Shown here: piece after piece, positions 62,158 through 64,000 of the stretch
How positions within the stretch are numbered: position 1 is the first letter of the stretch
How the letters are laid out: every line of letters begins with the position of its first letter
Source of the DNA: Vicugna vicugna
Taxonomy: Eukaryota
Assembly (NCBI GenBank): GCA_013265495.1
Contig: MU058718.1
Location: 3,610,081-3,674,080, forward strand
DNA: 64,000 nt
Direction of reading: 5' to 3'
Program-made: the position numbers and the translations under genes
Notes under the pieces: generated by a model
The model's input: only the letters and a program-made list of their open reading frames with translations
Database searches by the model: none
Told to the model about the DNA's origin: nothing

Positions 62158-63334
62158 CCTGCCTAGGAGGCATTCCCTTCCGCTCTAGGAAATAAATGTC
62201 ATTCATTTGGGGTGTGAAAGTTCATAATGGAGAGTGTTTGTTGTTTAACCGTGTGCACCGTCGATGTGTGTCAAGTCTTTAACTCTTTTCTGGCACTTCA
62301 TTTGGATGGATAGGTGTTTTTTTTTTTTTTTTTGGTTTTTTTTTTTATGTGTTGGTTTTTTTTTTTTTTTTTGGCTAAATGTTAGTTATTTTCCTCATTT
62401 CGATAAAACCAGTTACATGAGAATGAATGCCTTTTGCGTATTATTAACTCATTTGATAGATAAGAACTCTCTTATACTAATATAGGAAAAATGTTGTGTT
62501 TTGTGGCGTTTAGTTTTTTACTTACATCACTTGAAGTACATGCTGACATTCTGTAAATAATGGAAATTTATCTTAGGACATGTAATTTTATGGAAGAGCT
62601 ATCAGATTCTAACAAATGTGCTTAAAGAATAAAGACAAAAATGAAACTAATTTGAACCACTGCTCACTTGATTTATAATATATAATCGCAATAGTCTTTT
62701 AACAAATTTCAGTTAAAAAAAACTTGTAAAATATTACATCATGTCTGAAATATCTTAATGGTGTGAAAAAAAAACCCAAAAAATTCTGGGTGAAGTTTTT
62801 CCTCTTATTCAGACCCTTTTTAGTTCTAAAAATCATAATGAGATGGAAAAAAAATCGCAAAGTAGACATTAGTGTACACTTCAGTGTGGCCCCTTCGTTT
62901 ATGTAGTGAATTTTCTTTCTTTAGGTACCCTGGGGCTTAAAACTAAAGCTAATGCAGCTTAGTAAAATGGCTTTTGTCTTTTAGGAGTAGACAGGACTTG
63001 AGACTGAAATAAATGAAGTTATTTGCTCAGAGCCGTATGCTTGCCACTGGGAAAGGCAGCAGCCAGGCTGGGCATTGAGTCTCCATTTCTGTCTCCATAC
63101 TCCAGTGTTTAAGCCACACCTACCTAATGTCTTTTAGTGAATTTCTCACTTCCCAAAAGAAATGAGTCAATATGTCATAGCTTGATTTCCAAGTACCAAG
63201 AGACTACTAATTTAGATTTTTCATTTTAACTGGCATGGAATGCTTGTTTAATTGGAAGTTACTAGAAAGTATTTTCCAAAGATGCCAGATGACTGCCGTG
63301 TCTAACTTTTTTTTTTTAAATCTCTGTACTTCAG

Positions 63335-63460
63335 ATATGAATCTGAGAAGCTTCAAGAGGAAAATTCTATTTTGAGAAATGAAATTACTACTTTAAATGA
63401 AGAAGATAGCATTTCAAACCTGAAATTAGGGAAATTAAGTGGATCTCAGGAAGAAATGTG
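63335..63460 (+). CDS. NIN: Ninein coding exon 17 (YESEKLQEENSILRNEITTLNEEDSISNLKL...EEM)
   Basis: tgtacttcag| ... GTG|gtaaga; 126 nt, phase 2 to 2. Confidence 0.94.
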
Positions 63461-63571
63461 GTAAGACGTATACTTTAAATGTTCTTAAGGCATTTTTGCA
63501 AGGACTATAAAACTATTTTACTTCAACTTTTAAAGCCTAACTCTTAAGTTACATTTTCATTCTCTGTTTAG

Positions 63572-63641
63572 GCAAAAAATAGAAACTGTAAAACAGGAAA
63601 AAGCTGCAGTTCAGAAGACGGTTGAAAATTTAAAGAAACAG
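63572..63641 (+). CDS. NIN: Ninein coding exon 18 (QKIETVKQEKAAVQKTVENLKKQ)
   Basis: tctctgtttag| ... CAG|gtaaga; 70 nt, phase 2 to 0. Confidence 0.93.
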
Positions 63642-64000
63642 GTAAGAAGAGAATATTTCCCAACTTTTCCTGATTCTAAAATTTTCTCTTTTTTTTATTT
63701 GAAATGTATAAATTTATAGCACATGCTGCTGGAGATGTAGCTAATAATGGTAAGTTTGTAAATCTTACCATCTGAGTTTCAAATAGAAACTCACCTCAAG
63801 CTAATTTTAAACTAGATTTCTGGTTTTTGTGAATATAAGAATGCATATATTATTTTTAGACTCTGAATGCTTAAAACAAGCTTTATAATTGGTGGGAGTA
63901 GAGAAATGTTACCTCTAAAACCAAATACTAGCTCTGTCCTTCCTGTGGTTTTGATTAATGTGTGCTCCTTCCTCGTTCCTCCCCATGATTGAAAGCACAA

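Larger units (their letters stand above)
7303..63641 (+). other. NIN: Ninein gene body (partial: first coding exon through 18th coding exon; 5'UTR exons and 3' exons outside window)
   Basis: 18 exons with AG/GT boundaries join in consistent phase into 4743 nt of ORF beginning MDEAEQDQHEARLKELFDSFDTTGTGSLGQEELTDLC, recognised as the ninein N-terminus; frame still open at the last exon. Confidence 0.97.

Overview
Mammalian (not microbial) genomic DNA. The window holds most of the ninein (NIN) gene on the + strand: 18 consecutive coding exons from the start codon at 7324 to 63641. All have GT-AG boundaries and splice into one open frame of 4743 nt (1581 codons). The product has an N-terminal EF-hand region, a GLFKNGKS P-loop-like motif and long coiled coils, and includes a 2145-nt symmetric cassette exon matching the alternatively spliced exon 18 of human and mouse NIN. 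The 5'UTR exons/promoter and the 3' exons lie outside the window. Introns contain old eutherian repeats (MIR, L2, L1M, MER33, MER5A) and seven copies of a young tRNA-derived SINE that I recognise as the camelid Vic-1 type, so the source is probably a camel, alpaca or llama. No novel gene system, CRISPR array or RNA gene is supported. The most interesting points are lineage-specific. A SINE inserted at an exon-intron junction and its target-site duplication copied the splice donor. An inverted SINE pair tightly brackets five exons that would circularise into a stop-free 768-nt ORF. An out-of-frame upstream ATG overlaps the start codon. There are also several tiny retrotransposition scars. Exon coordinates were counted by hand and checked for phase; repeat boundaries are approximate.
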